Below, piece by piece: positions 15,642 through 24,065 of a stretch of 28,947 bases of DNA. A model generated the notes under the pieces. The model searched no databases, was not told the origin of the DNA, and saw only the letters and a program-made list of their open reading frames with translations. This stretch comes from an uncultured bacterium (GTDB lineage: Bacteria > Auribacterota > Erginobacteria > Erginobacterales > Erginobacteraceae): the NCBI GenBank assembly GCA_964465735.1, contig CAYXKT010000018.1:1-28947 (forward strand), given 5' to 3'. The translations under genes and the position numbers were made by a program. How positions within the stretch are numbered: the stretch's first letter is position 1; each line of letters opens with the position of its first letter.

Positions 15642-18425
15642 ATGAAGAAAGAAAATAAAAGATCTCTCTGGCGGAGGATTGTCCGGAGCGTAATCAAGTT
15701 TACCGTCCGGCTGGTCATCGCGGTCATCATCCTAACCGCGGCCGCCCTGATTATGGTCCAGACCCCGCCCGGAAAGATGTTCCTGGCCCGGGCCCTGACC
15801 CGGGTCGCCTCCACCCCGGGGACGACCATCAGCTTTGGCCGGATCTCCGGGATCCTCCCCTTCCGGGTCCGGCTGGGCGAACTCCGGCTCGGCGACCCCG
15901 AAGGTGACTGGCTGGTGATCGAAGAGGTGCGGGCCCATCTCGATCCCTTTGAAATTCTCTCGCTCCGTCTCCACGCCACCAGCGTGACTGTGGAACGGGT
16001 CACCTGGTACCGGCTTCCGGGGGCCGGGGGAGGAGACCAACCCGGTTCAGAGGATAAAGCAAGTTTCACCCCGGCCAAGATCCCCTCCTTGATCGTTGAC
16101 CGGCTGCTGGTGAAGAAGATGACGGCGGCCGAATCCCTCTTTGGGCATCGGAGGGAGGCTTCTCTTGAGGGCCGGGTTGCCAACAGCGTCTCTTCCGGTC
16201 CCCGGGCGGAACTGCGGCTTTCCCCCCTCTGGCGGGAAGGCGAGGCTCTGGCGATCACCGCCGATTCGGCCGCCGATCTCTCTTACCTGAATGTGGGGTT
16301 AGAACTCGATGAGACCGGGGGAGGGGAGCTGGGCGGGCTCCTCTTCCCCGGTGATGTCGGTCCTCTCGCCTTCCGGTTCCGGGCCGAGGGTCCCTGGAGT
16401 GGGGTGAAGACCGAACTTTCCCTGCGGCTTCCGGAGCGGGGCGAGGTGAAAGGGGATTGGGTCCTTGATCTCTCCCGGCTCCTTCTGGAAGGGGAATTGA
16501 ACGCCGCTGTCCAGCGTCCTCCCTTCCCCGATTGGGAGGGAAGCGGTACTCTCCGAGCTGGTTTTACCGTCAAGGATGAGGGACAGAACCTCTCCGCCCA
16601 AATTGAGGGTCACGATCTGGTCGGTCCCAGCTTGGGATTGGAGCGGTTCCAGGTCACGGCCGAACTGGCCGATCTCTACCGATCCGTCCGGGGAGAAGTC
16701 AAATTTCAAGGGGAGAGCGGGTCCCTGGCCACCTCGGAAGATGATCCTGATACCGGCGAACTTTTCGACGCCTTGACCGGCCGGCTTGTCCTCCAAAACG
16801 GGTCTTTTGGCCCGGGCGCTGAACTCGAGCTCCAGGTCCGGGGATATGATATCCCCGGGCTCCTCCTCCAGCCGGAGAAGGTCCCGACCCTCGATCTGAC
16901 CGGCCGGCTGACAGGTGACCGGCTGGAGTTGCGACTTCAGGGAAAGGGCGAGCCGGGATCGCGCCTCGAGGCCGACTTCTCGGCCGCCGCCCGCTGCCCG
17001 GCCGGACTCTTCTCGGTTGAGTTCCCCGCGGACGGGGACCTGAAAGGTTCTCTCTCCTCAGAGATTGATCTGAAGATTCTCAATAACTACCTCGCTCTCA
17101 CCCGCCAGACTCTGGCCGGCCGGGTGGAGATTGAACTCGGCCTGGGCGGGACCTGGGGACGGCCCCTCCCCCGGGGTGGGATCGTCATCTCCGGGGGGGA
17201 ATACCAGAACCTCAATACCGGGACCTTCTTCCATAACCTTAACGCCCGGGCGCGGGTCCTGGACGACCGGCTGGTCTTGCAAGAACTGACCACCTCGACC
17301 CCTCCTCCTGCTCAGTCCCTTCTTTTCAGCTGGACTAAGTATATCCCCGGGATCCGCTTTACTCCTCTGGTTGATCAGGCCCGGGAGATCATCGAAGCCG
17401 GCCGGATCTCTCTTTCCGGTTCCACCCGGTTCTCCCCGGGCGAGGGTTATCCCTCGTCCTATACCCTCCTTCTCGAAGATGCCCTTCTGGCGGATATGGA
17501 GATTGGCAGTGTGATTGCCTCGGGCCGGATCGATCTCGAGGGGTCGGGGGACGAAAGTCTTCTCAAAGGAGAGGTCAGGATCCGCCGCGTTCGGGGGCGG
17601 ATCCCCGGCCGGATGGCGGACTCCGTCCCCGAGATCGAGGTAGTTGAGATCAACCGGCCGGGGGAGGAAGCGCCCCGTCCGCCGACTCGCCCCGTGGCGT
17701 TACTCGAGAAGATGGCGCTCGATCTGAATCTGACCGCGCCGAATAACGTGATTATCCAGGGCCGGGGTCTCGATTCGGAGTGGGAGGCTGATATCCGGAT
17801 TACCGGGACCGCGGATTCTCCCGAGATCCGGGGCGGCCTGACCCTGCTCTCCGGGATCTTTATCTTTATGGGGGAGGAACTGTCGCTGGAGGACTGTGCC
17901 GTGATGATGGACGGCGAGTACCCCCCGGTCCCCCAGCTGAAGATCAACGCCGAGATCGTCAAGCCGGCCATCATTATGAACCTCCAGATAGTCGGACCGG
18001 TCACCCAGCCCGAGGTCATCATCTCCTCCCAGCCACCCTACCCGGACGACGAAATTCTCGCTCGCCTCCTCTTCGGCCGTCCCGCCTCCCAGTTGAGCGG
18101 CCTCCAGGCCCTCCAGATCGTCAACGGGCTTCGGTCGCTCCAGGGCCAGGCCGGATTCTTCGATCTTCTGACCGACTGGGCCTCATTTCTCGGAAATATC
18201 CAGGTTGATTTTACTGACCTCCAGGGGACCGAGGACCAGACCGCGGTCCGGGTCCGCTGGTCTTTGAGCCGCAACTTTTATGTTGAGAACCAGCGCTCGC
18301 TCGAGGCTCCGGACAATCTCTTTCTCGCCCGCTGGGAGATTATCCGCAACCTCCAGCTCCGGCTGCAGTCCGGTTATGGTATCCTCGGCCACGCCGGCTT
18401 CCTCCACTGGCAGATGAACTATTAA
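15642..18425 (+). CDS. tamB: Translocation/assembly module TamB-like protein (DUF490)
   Basis: N-terminal TM anchor and AsmA-like region. C-terminal DUF490 motifs IRGGLTLLSGIFIFMGEEL, PEVIISSQPPYPDDEILARLLFGRPASQLSG, VRVRWSLSRNFYVE. Directly follows the Omp85 gene. Confidence 0.9.
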   Translation: MKKENKRSLWRRIVRSVIKFTVRLVIAVIILTAAALIMVQTPPGKMFLARALTRVASTPGTTISFGRISGILPFRVRLGELRLGDPEGDWLVIEEVRAHLDPFEILSLRLHATSVTVERVTWYRLPGAGGGDQPGSEDKASFTPAKIPSLIVDRLLVKKMTAAESLFGHRREASLEGRVANSVSSGPRAELRLSPLWREGEALAITADSAADLSYLNVGLELDETGGGELGGLLFPGDVGPLAFRFRAEGPWSGVKTELSLRLPERGEVKGDWVLDLSRLLLEGELNAAVQRPPFPDWEGSGTLRAGFTVKDEGQNLSAQIEGHDLVGPSLGLERFQVTAELADLYRSVRGEVKFQGESGSLATSEDDPDTGELFDALTGRLVLQNGSFGPGAELELQVRGYDIPGLLLQPEKVPTLDLTGRLTGDRLELRLQGKGEPGSRLEADFSAAARCPAGLFSVEFPADGDLKGSLSSEIDLKILNNYLALTRQTLAGRVEIELGLGGTWGRPLPRGGIVISGGEYQNLNTGTFFHNLNARARVLDDRLVLQELTTSTPPPAQSLLFSWTKYIPGIRFTPLVDQAREIIEAGRISLSGSTRFSPGEGYPSSYTLLLEDALLADMEIGSVIASGRIDLEGSGDESLLKGEVRIRRVRGRIPGRMADSVPEIEVVEINRPGEEAPRPPTRPVALLEKMALDLNLTAPNNVIIQGRGLDSEWEADIRITGTADSPEIRGGLTLLSGIFIFMGEELSLEDCAVMMDGEYPPVPQLKINAEIVKPAIIMNLQIVGPVTQPEVIISSQPPYPDDEILARLLFGRPASQLSGLQALQIVNGLRSLQGQAGFFDLLTDWASFLGNIQVDFTDLQGTEDQTAVRVRWSLSRNFYVENQRSLEAPDNLFLARWEIIRNLQLRLQSGYGILGHAGFLHWQMNY

Positions 18426-18527
18426 GGTTATCCGGCGCAAAAACCTGAAGGTCTGACTGTTACGGGTGTACTTTCCAACGCGGACAGAAGGAACCGGAAC
18501 CGCTATCGCGATCCGTCGAAATTTACA

Positions 18528-18555
18528 TTGCCGGTCGCGTCTCCGGTGCTATAAT
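18528..18555 (+). promoter_or_regulatory. Candidate sigma70-like promoter
   Basis: TTGCCG (18528-18533), 16-bp spacer, TATAAT (18550-18555). Confidence 0.45.
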
Positions 18556-18598
18556 CTTGAGGAAAACAGTTCAACAAATCAATCAGGAGATGATCCCG

Positions 18599-19429
18599 AT
18601 GAAAATCACCCCACTGGCTAAAGTATCTCAGGATGTAATCACTTTCAGTGTCAGCGAGATCGAGGCGATCCTTCAGGCCCCTTTGCTCGACGTGCCACCC
18701 TTTGCCCCTCGTTCGGTAATTTTGAGCAGCCAATCCGGCGAGGCGGAAACGATGCTGATCCGCCCGGCCCGCCGTGAAGAAGCCCCAAGCCTGCTCCGGT
18801 TCATCAGCGAAAAATTTTTCGGTGCCGAGGATCTCGATCAGGCTCCTGACTTCACCGACCTTATCGGGGCCCGGGTCTATGCTGAAGTCCTTGGCTGGTA
18901 CCGCGCTCGATTAAAAGATTCCTATAATTTGCTTGCCCTGAGCGGCGGGGAGTTGATCGGCTTGGCCAACGGCCGGCTGATGAACGAGGAGATCAACATC
19001 AATCTCCATACCCTGGCCTTTGACCGCGATCACCGGATCGAGGCGGCGTTATACTGCGCCCGATGCCAGTACTGCTTCGAGGATCTCGGCCAGGATGAGC
19101 TATGGTCAGCCTTCGAGAGCTATGATGGCTGGAAGCATTGGGGGGTGGGGATGGCCCAACCCTCTTACCCCTGGCCCGACCTCCAGCACGAGTTGGGTGG
19201 GGGGAGAGTTTACTACCTGACCCGGAAATATTGGGAGTCAACTGTCCGAGGTTACCTGGCCGAGAATTACGGTATCCGGATCGAACGGGAGGTCTCCCCG
19301 GAGCTAATGGCGGAAAATGAGTCCATCAAGTTCCCTCCCCCGCCGGCGCCGGAACCAGTGGAGCCGGAGACCCCGGCACCGGCCGACCCCGTCTCTCCGG
19401 AAGTCGGGCCGGACCTCTCCGGGGTCTGA
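18599..19429 (+). CDS. Hypothetical protein with GNAT-like acetyltransferase segment and proline-rich tail
   Basis: ETMLIRPARREEAPSLLRFISEKFF resembles a GNAT N terminus. Tail FPPPPAPEPVEPETPAPADP. Start may be 18557, 18590 or 18599. Confidence 0.65.
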   Translation: MKITPLAKVSQDVITFSVSEIEAILQAPLLDVPPFAPRSVILSSQSGEAETMLIRPARREEAPSLLRFISEKFFGAEDLDQAPDFTDLIGARVYAEVLGWYRARLKDSYNLLALSGGELIGLANGRLMNEEININLHTLAFDRDHRIEAALYCARCQYCFEDLGQDELWSAFESYDGWKHWGVGMAQPSYPWPDLQHELGGGRVYYLTRKYWESTVRGYLAENYGIRIEREVSPELMAENESIKFPPPPAPEPVEPETPAPADPVSPEVGPDLSGV

Positions 19430-19430
19430 T

Positions 19431-19689
19431 CAGGGATTTTCCGCCGGGATCACGATGGCCCTGAAGTCGGCCACGGTGGACGCCGCCGGCGTGCCGTTGG
19501 CCGTCCTGCCTTGAGCTGCGGGATGTTTATCCGGACTTTGGTGGATTTCCTGATCATCGCCGCCGCCATCTTTATGGTCACCAAGGCGATGAACGTGATA
19601 CGGGAAAAGAAGGAAGAGGCACCGGCCGCTCCCCCGGCCCCAACCAGGGAAGAAGCCCTCCTGACCGAGATCCCCGACCGGATTCAAAG
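19431..19689 (+). pseudogene. mscL: Truncated, frameshifted remnant of a large-conductance mechanosensitive channel gene
   Basis: Frame 1: DQGFSAGITMALKSATVDAAGVPLAV. Frame 2: ALSCGMFIRTLVDFLIIAAAIFMVTKAMNVIREKKEEAPAAPPAPTREEALLTEIPD. Together they match the C-terminal half of MscL. Confidence 0.8.
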
Positions 19690-19751
19690 GAAGCAACCCT
19701 CCGTCCCGGCCGGATGGGCACCGAGCTTGGTTCAGTTCGGGCAAGAAGAAT

Positions 19752-19809
19752 GTAGCACGGGCATTGCTGTCTGTGTAGGCCTGGTCACAGGCAGGAATAC
19801 CTGTGCTAC
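19752..19809. repeat. 58-bp imperfect palindromic extragenic element
   Basis: 24-nt arms GTAGCACGGGCATTGCTGTCTGTG and CACAGGCAGGAATACCTGTGCTAC (20/24 paired) around a 10-nt centre. Confidence 0.8.
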
Positions 19810-19840
19810 TCTGGCCGGCATCCAGACCACCTTTCTTGCG

Positions 19841-21568
19841 TTATCGGGTATTGCAGTTTCGCACTCCGATATACGGTCCCAGGACCATATCCCGATAGCC
19901 CTTCCCCGCCGGGATGAAGGGATAGACCGCTTCTTCCCGGTCGATGATTACCTCGAGGAAAGACGGGCCCTCCGCGGCCAAAAAATCGTCCAGCGCCCCC
20001 TCCAGTTCTTCCGGCCGTTGGATTCTTTGCTGCCAGGTAAAGCCGCATTCGGCGGCAATCCGAGAGAAATCGGCGCCGAACTCACGTTCAGTGGCGGTAA
20101 AACGGCGGTGGTAATGGACGGCCTGGAGTGTCCGGACCATCCCGTCGGCCTGGTTGTTGAGCAGCAGTACCTTGATCGGGAGGCCCAGGGAGCCGATGGT
20201 ATGGATCTCCCCCATATTCATCTTGATCGAACCGTCACCGTCGATAGCGATTATCCGGGAGTCGGGGTCGGAGAAATAGGCCCCGACCGCGGCCGGGAGG
20301 GCGAACCCCATCGTTCCGAAAGACCCCGGGGTGAGAAATGACTTCGGCCGGGCCATCGGGAGATATTGGGCGGCCAGCATCTGGTGCTGCCCGACTCCGG
20401 TGGTGACCCGGGTTTCCTCGGTCAGCCGCCGGGAGAGGAGATCCATTACCTCGGCCGCCTGGATCAGGTCGCTGTCCCGGTTATAATCGAGCCGCAGGGA
20501 TTGTTTCAGTTGGGCCACCCGTTTCTGCCAGTCCTTGATCTCCAGCCCGACCGGGTGCCGGCCGGCATACTCCAGGAGATCTTTGAGGACAGCGCAGGCG
20601 TCACCGATGAAGGAGAATTTCGGGTTCCGGGTGACCCGGACCTCCTGGACTTTCTCCGGGTGGATATCGATATAGGCGATATCCGCTTCCAGCCCGGATT
20701 CCCCGACCTTCTGGGAGACGCGATCGTTCCAGCGGACCCCGAAGGCGACGAAGAGATCAGTCTCCTGGATGGCCAGATTGGCGGCCGGATTCCCGAACAT
20801 CCCCAGCATCCCCAGCGAGGTCTCGAGAGTCTCATCAACTACCCCCTTGGCCATCAGGCTGATGATCGAGGGGATCTGGAAGATCCGGTTGAACTCCCGC
20901 ACTTTCCGGCTGGCCGCCCGCGAATTGAGTCCGCCCCCGATATAGAGGAGCGGCCGTCGGGACTGTTCCAGCAGCTGGAAGAACTGTCGGCATTGGTTTT
21001 CTCCCAGGTGCGATTCCTGGTCGTATTTCAACCGGAAACGTTCGATCTCGATTCCCTGATAATCGCTCTCGGCCTGTTGGCTGTCGAAGGGGAAATCGAT
21101 GACTACCGGACCCGGTTTCCCGGCGCGGGCGTAGAACCAGGCGTCCTTGACCGCTTCCTCGATCCGGGCGGGATCGGTGATCTGGATTACCTTCTTGGCT
21201 GCCCGGGCAAAGATATTTCCGACATCGATGTGCTGGAACTCGTCAGTGCCCAGCCGGCTCTGCCGGACCTGTCCGGCAAAGACCAGCAAGGGGATGGAGT
21301 CGGCATAGGAGTCGGCCACCGCGGTCAGGGTATTGGTGATTGCCGGCCCCGAAGTCACCACTACCACCCCTGTCCGGTCCCCGGAGCGGGAATATCCCGC
21401 CGCCGAGAAGGCGCACGACTGTTCGTTGGAATTGACAGTGATCGAGATCGAGCTCTTTCCCAGGGCGTCAAAGACCGGGAGGATTGCCGCGCCGATATAA
21501 CCGAAGACCCGATCCACGCCCAGGTCCTCGAGACTTTTGACCATAATCGAGGCCCCATTCATTTTCAT
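19841..21568 (-). CDS. Acetolactate synthase large-subunit-like TPP-dependent enzyme
   Basis: NSNEQSCAFSAAGYSRS, GQVRQSRLGTDEFQ, FGTMGFALPAAVGA, IDGDGSIKMNMGE, NNQADGMV, YPFIPAGKGY. Confidence 0.88.
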   Translation of the reverse strand: MKMNGASIMVKSLEDLGVDRVFGYIGAAILPVFDALGKSSISITVNSNEQSCAFSAAGYSRSGDRTGVVVVTSGPAITNTLTAVADSYADSIPLLVFAGQVRQSRLGTDEFQHIDVGNIFARAAKKVIQITDPARIEEAVKDAWFYARAGKPGPVVIDFPFDSQQAESDYQGIEIERFRLKYDQESHLGENQCRQFFQLLEQSRRPLLYIGGGLNSRAASRKVREFNRIFQIPSIISLMAKGVVDETLETSLGMLGMFGNPAANLAIQETDLFVAFGVRWNDRVSQKVGESGLEADIAYIDIHPEKVQEVRVTRNPKFSFIGDACAVLKDLLEYAGRHPVGLEIKDWQKRVAQLKQSLRLDYNRDSDLIQAAEVMDLLSRRLTEETRVTTGVGQHQMLAAQYLPMARPKSFLTPGSFGTMGFALPAAVGAYFSDPDSRIIAIDGDGSIKMNMGEIHTIGSLGLPIKVLLLNNQADGMVRTLQAVHYHRRFTATEREFGADFSRIAAECGFTWQQRIQRPEELEGALDDFLAAEGPSFLEVIIDREEAVYPFIPAGKGYRDMVLGPYIGVRNCNTR

Positions 21569-21955
21569 CGGTTTTATGACTCCTTTGGTATCGGTAATCA
21601 GGCAGAAGACCGGAGGCTAAGGTAACCGCTCTTTTTTTGAAAAGCCCGGTAAGCAATATTCCTGCTTCACCGGCCGGTTCAAGTGCCCTGAGTTTCATTT
21701 GCCCGCGCCGTTTCGGTGCCTGACCACCCTCCACCTTCGGTATATCCATCTGGGTGGTTACTGCCTTTTTCCTGTTGACGCGGGCCCTTACCCGTTACAA
21801 TTCGGATCATACTTGCTTCCGAAAATAAGTCAAGCTCTCCGGACCTGATCAGCTCTGATTCCTTTGACTTCCGGCGCCGTCTGGATTAAGATAACGCTTA
21901 TGCAAAATGATTTCAGCTTCCCGGCTTGTTCCTGCCGGCCTCAATCAAAATAATT

Positions 21956-22567
21956 ATGACCTTCTACCTGAGATCATTAGCCCTGCTTCTGGTTCTGCTC
22001 AACCCGTTTCTGGTTATTGTCTATCTGGTGGACGTGGTGGAGAAACTGGATCAAAGGCGCTTTGCCTCGACCCTCTGCCGGGCCGGGCTGATCGCCGGAG
22101 CGGTTTTTTGCGTCTTTGCCGTCCTTGGTGATGCCTTCTTCTCCAATATTATCCAGGCGGATTTCGCTTCTTTCCAGATCTTCGGGGGCCTGGTCTTTTT
22201 ATTGATCGGCTTGCAGTTCGTCTTCCGGGGGCCGAAGGCGATCAAGATCCTCCGCGGTGAATCCGAGCACCTGGCCGGGGCGATCGCGATGCCGCTTCTG
22301 GTCGGCCCCGGGACGATCAGTGCCAGCGTGATTATCGGCCAGAGGCACGACATCTATATTTCCTGTTTGATTGTCATCGTGGCGATAGTAATCGCGGTGG
22401 CCTGTATGCTCCTGCTCAAGTGGCTCCACGACTATGTCCGGCCCCGCCGCGAGCCCCTGATTCAGCGCTACATCGAGATCGCCGGCCGGGTCACCGCCCT
22501 CTTTGTCGGTACCGTCTCGGTAGAGATGATTATGCGCGGTATCCAGACCTGGGCCTCCAAGTTCTGA
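21956..22567 (+). CDS. MarC family integral membrane protein
   Basis: LLLVLLNPFLVIVYL, GLQFVFRG, IAMPLLVGPGTISASVIIG, IEIAGRVTALFVGTVSVEMIMRGI. Confidence 0.9.
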   Translation: MTFYLRSLALLLVLLNPFLVIVYLVDVVEKLDQRRFASTLCRAGLIAGAVFCVFAVLGDAFFSNIIQADFASFQIFGGLVFLLIGLQFVFRGPKAIKILRGESEHLAGAIAMPLLVGPGTISASVIIGQRHDIYISCLIVIVAIVIAVACMLLLKWLHDYVRPRREPLIQRYIEIAGRVTALFVGTVSVEMIMRGIQTWASKF

Positions 22568-22602
22568 GCTCCCCGAGTATGCCGGCCGGGTATTGTTTTT
22601 TC

Positions 22603-22645
22603 TTGACTTCGGGGGTCGAAAAGCCTATTGTGATAAACGTTATCA
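22603..22645 (+). promoter_or_regulatory. Peroxiredoxin promoter with Fur/PerR-like operator
   Basis: TTGACT (22603-22608), 17-bp spacer, TATTGT (22626-22631), then TGATAAACGTTATCA (22631-22645). Confidence 0.6.
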
Positions 22646-22709
22646 TTACCAACTAACCCCGTTTGCTGCTCGAAAAGCGGGCGAGGGGTCAACCAACAAG
22701 GAGGAAGAA

Positions 22710-23438
22710 ATGGAGACTATCGGTGAAAAGATGACACCCGCGATGCCCCGGATCGGGGAGAAAGCTCCGGCCTTCAAGGCCGTCACCACCCAGGGCGAGA
22801 TTGACTTCCCCAAGCAGTATGCCGGGAAGTGGGTCATTCTCTTCAGCCATCCGGCCGACTTCACCCCGGTCTGTACCTCGGAGTTTATGACCTTTGCCAC
22901 GATGGCTCCCCAGTATGCCGAGGCCAACTGCGAACTGGTCGGGCTCTCCGTGGACGGTCTTTACAGTCATATCGCCTGGCTGCGGACAATCAAGGAAAAG
23001 ATCGAGTACAAGGGGATGAAGGATGTCGAGGTGAATTTCCCTCTGATCGAAGATATCTCGATGGAGGTCGCCAACCTTTACGGGATGATTCAGCCGGGAG
23101 AGAGTTCGACCAAGGCGGTCCGGGCGGTATTTTATATCGACCCCAAGGGGATCATTCGGGCTATTATGTACTACCCGCTGACCACCGGCCGGAATTTCAA
23201 TGAGCTTTACCGGACCCTGATCGCGCTCCAAACCTCCGATGCCTTCTCCGTCGCCACCCCCGCCGACTGGCATCCGGGTGACGAGGTGATTGTCCCCACC
23301 GCCGAGTCCTGCGGAGTGGCCAAGAAGCGGATGTCCACCAAGGGGATCAAGTGCTACGATTGGTTCTTCTGTACCAAGGCACTTGCCAAGGAAAAGGTTT
23401 TTAACGCTATCCTGAAGAAGGACAAAAAGAAGAAGTAA
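22710..23438 (+). CDS. Peroxiredoxin (AhpC/TSA, Prx6-type)
   Basis: Peroxidatic Cys motif HPADFTPVCTSEF. AGGAGG RBS before ATG 22710. Confidence 0.95.
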   Translation: METIGEKMTPAMPRIGEKAPAFKAVTTQGEIDFPKQYAGKWVILFSHPADFTPVCTSEFMTFATMAPQYAEANCELVGLSVDGLYSHIAWLRTIKEKIEYKGMKDVEVNFPLIEDISMEVANLYGMIQPGESSTKAVRAVFYIDPKGIIRAIMYYPLTTGRNFNELYRTLIALQTSDAFSVATPADWHPGDEVIVPTAESCGVAKKRMSTKGIKCYDWFFCTKALAKEKVFNAILKKDKKKK

Positions 23439-23449
23439 ATCTCCGGCTT

Positions 23450-23478
23450 CCCCCTCTCTCCGGCGCGGAGAGAGGGGG
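23450..23478 (+). terminator. Strong hairpin, probable transcription terminator of the peroxiredoxin gene
   Basis: Perfect 12-bp stem CCCCCTCTCTCC/GGAGAGAGGGGG with loop GGCGC, 11 bp after the stop codon. No T-tract follows. Confidence 0.55.
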
Positions 23479-23653
23479 GACTTCCGGGGTTATCCTGTCC
23501 CGCGGACAAGGAGCCGATCTTCCGGGTCGGGTAAAATCAAGAAGAATATAGTTGCCGGTGGCGGATCAGCGGGATATATTATTATATCGATCGCACACCT
23601 ACTATGTCGGGATAATTGCTCGGTTAGATAGTACCTGAACGGCAACCGCCAGG

Positions 23654-23725
23654 TACATAGAATTTGTCATTGCGAGGAACGAATGACGAAGCAATCTCAT
23701 TTCGGAATAAACAGATCGCCTTCCT
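23654..23725. repeat. Degenerate copy of a TGCGAGGA...GACGAAGCAATCTC palindromic element
   Basis: First 47 bp are 40/47 identical to 25034-25080. Second half is decayed (AAACAGATCGCCTTCCTC). Confidence 0.7.
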
Positions 23726-23734
23726 CTTTATGAG

Positions 23735-23810
23735 AAAGAATGAAACCACCAGGACCACTGGGAAAATTCAGGATCACGTCTTTCGACTTTATCTGTGAAC
23801 TCTAAAAACT
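23735..23810 (+). repeat. 76-bp dispersed intergenic repeat, copy 2
   Basis: AAAGAATGAAACCACCAGGACCACTGGGAAAATTCAGGATC..., paired with 12052-12127. Confidence 0.7.
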
Positions 23811-23994
23811 AATGTTCTCCTAAGCGGATTATATATCCTCATTCGGAAATAACAAAAGAATCATATCTCGCGCCATCGAAGGGCGTCAGAGTTGAGGACC
23901 GGGGTTATGCGCAAGTGGGTATGAGCAAGCATCAGCCGATGAATTTGGCTTGAGAAAGATTGTTTTTGCGCGACAATAGAGTATCAAATGGTAT

Positions 23995-24043
23995 TTTAAG
24001 GGAACATTGAGGGGGAGAAAGAGTCGTTTTGTTTTGACAGAAC
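23995..24043 (+). promoter_or_regulatory. Short (49-bp) version of the conserved leader, copy S
   Basis: TTTAAGGGAACATTGAGGGGGAGAAAGAGTCGTTTTGTTTTGACAGAAC. 5' context ATGGTATTTTAAG is shared with leader F. Confidence 0.7.
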
Positions 24044-24065
24044 GCCAACACTAAATAGGAGCCGG

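Noticed and set aside
13776-18425. Omp85 plus large TamB-like protein as a novel secretion system
   Set aside because: The pairing matches the known TamA/TamB-type arrangement widespread in diderm bacteria; nothing beyond it is evident.
19511-20341. 276-aa plus-strand ORF as a real protein
   Set aside because: Only its first 60 or so residues are meaningful (mscL remnant). The rest crosses a palindromic repeat and runs antisense through the AHAS-like gene.
20366-21625. 419-aa plus-strand ORF
   Set aside because: Antisense to the acetolactate-synthase-like gene, which has strong family motifs. The plus-strand product is low-complexity and unrecognisable, as expected from GC-rich antisense frames.
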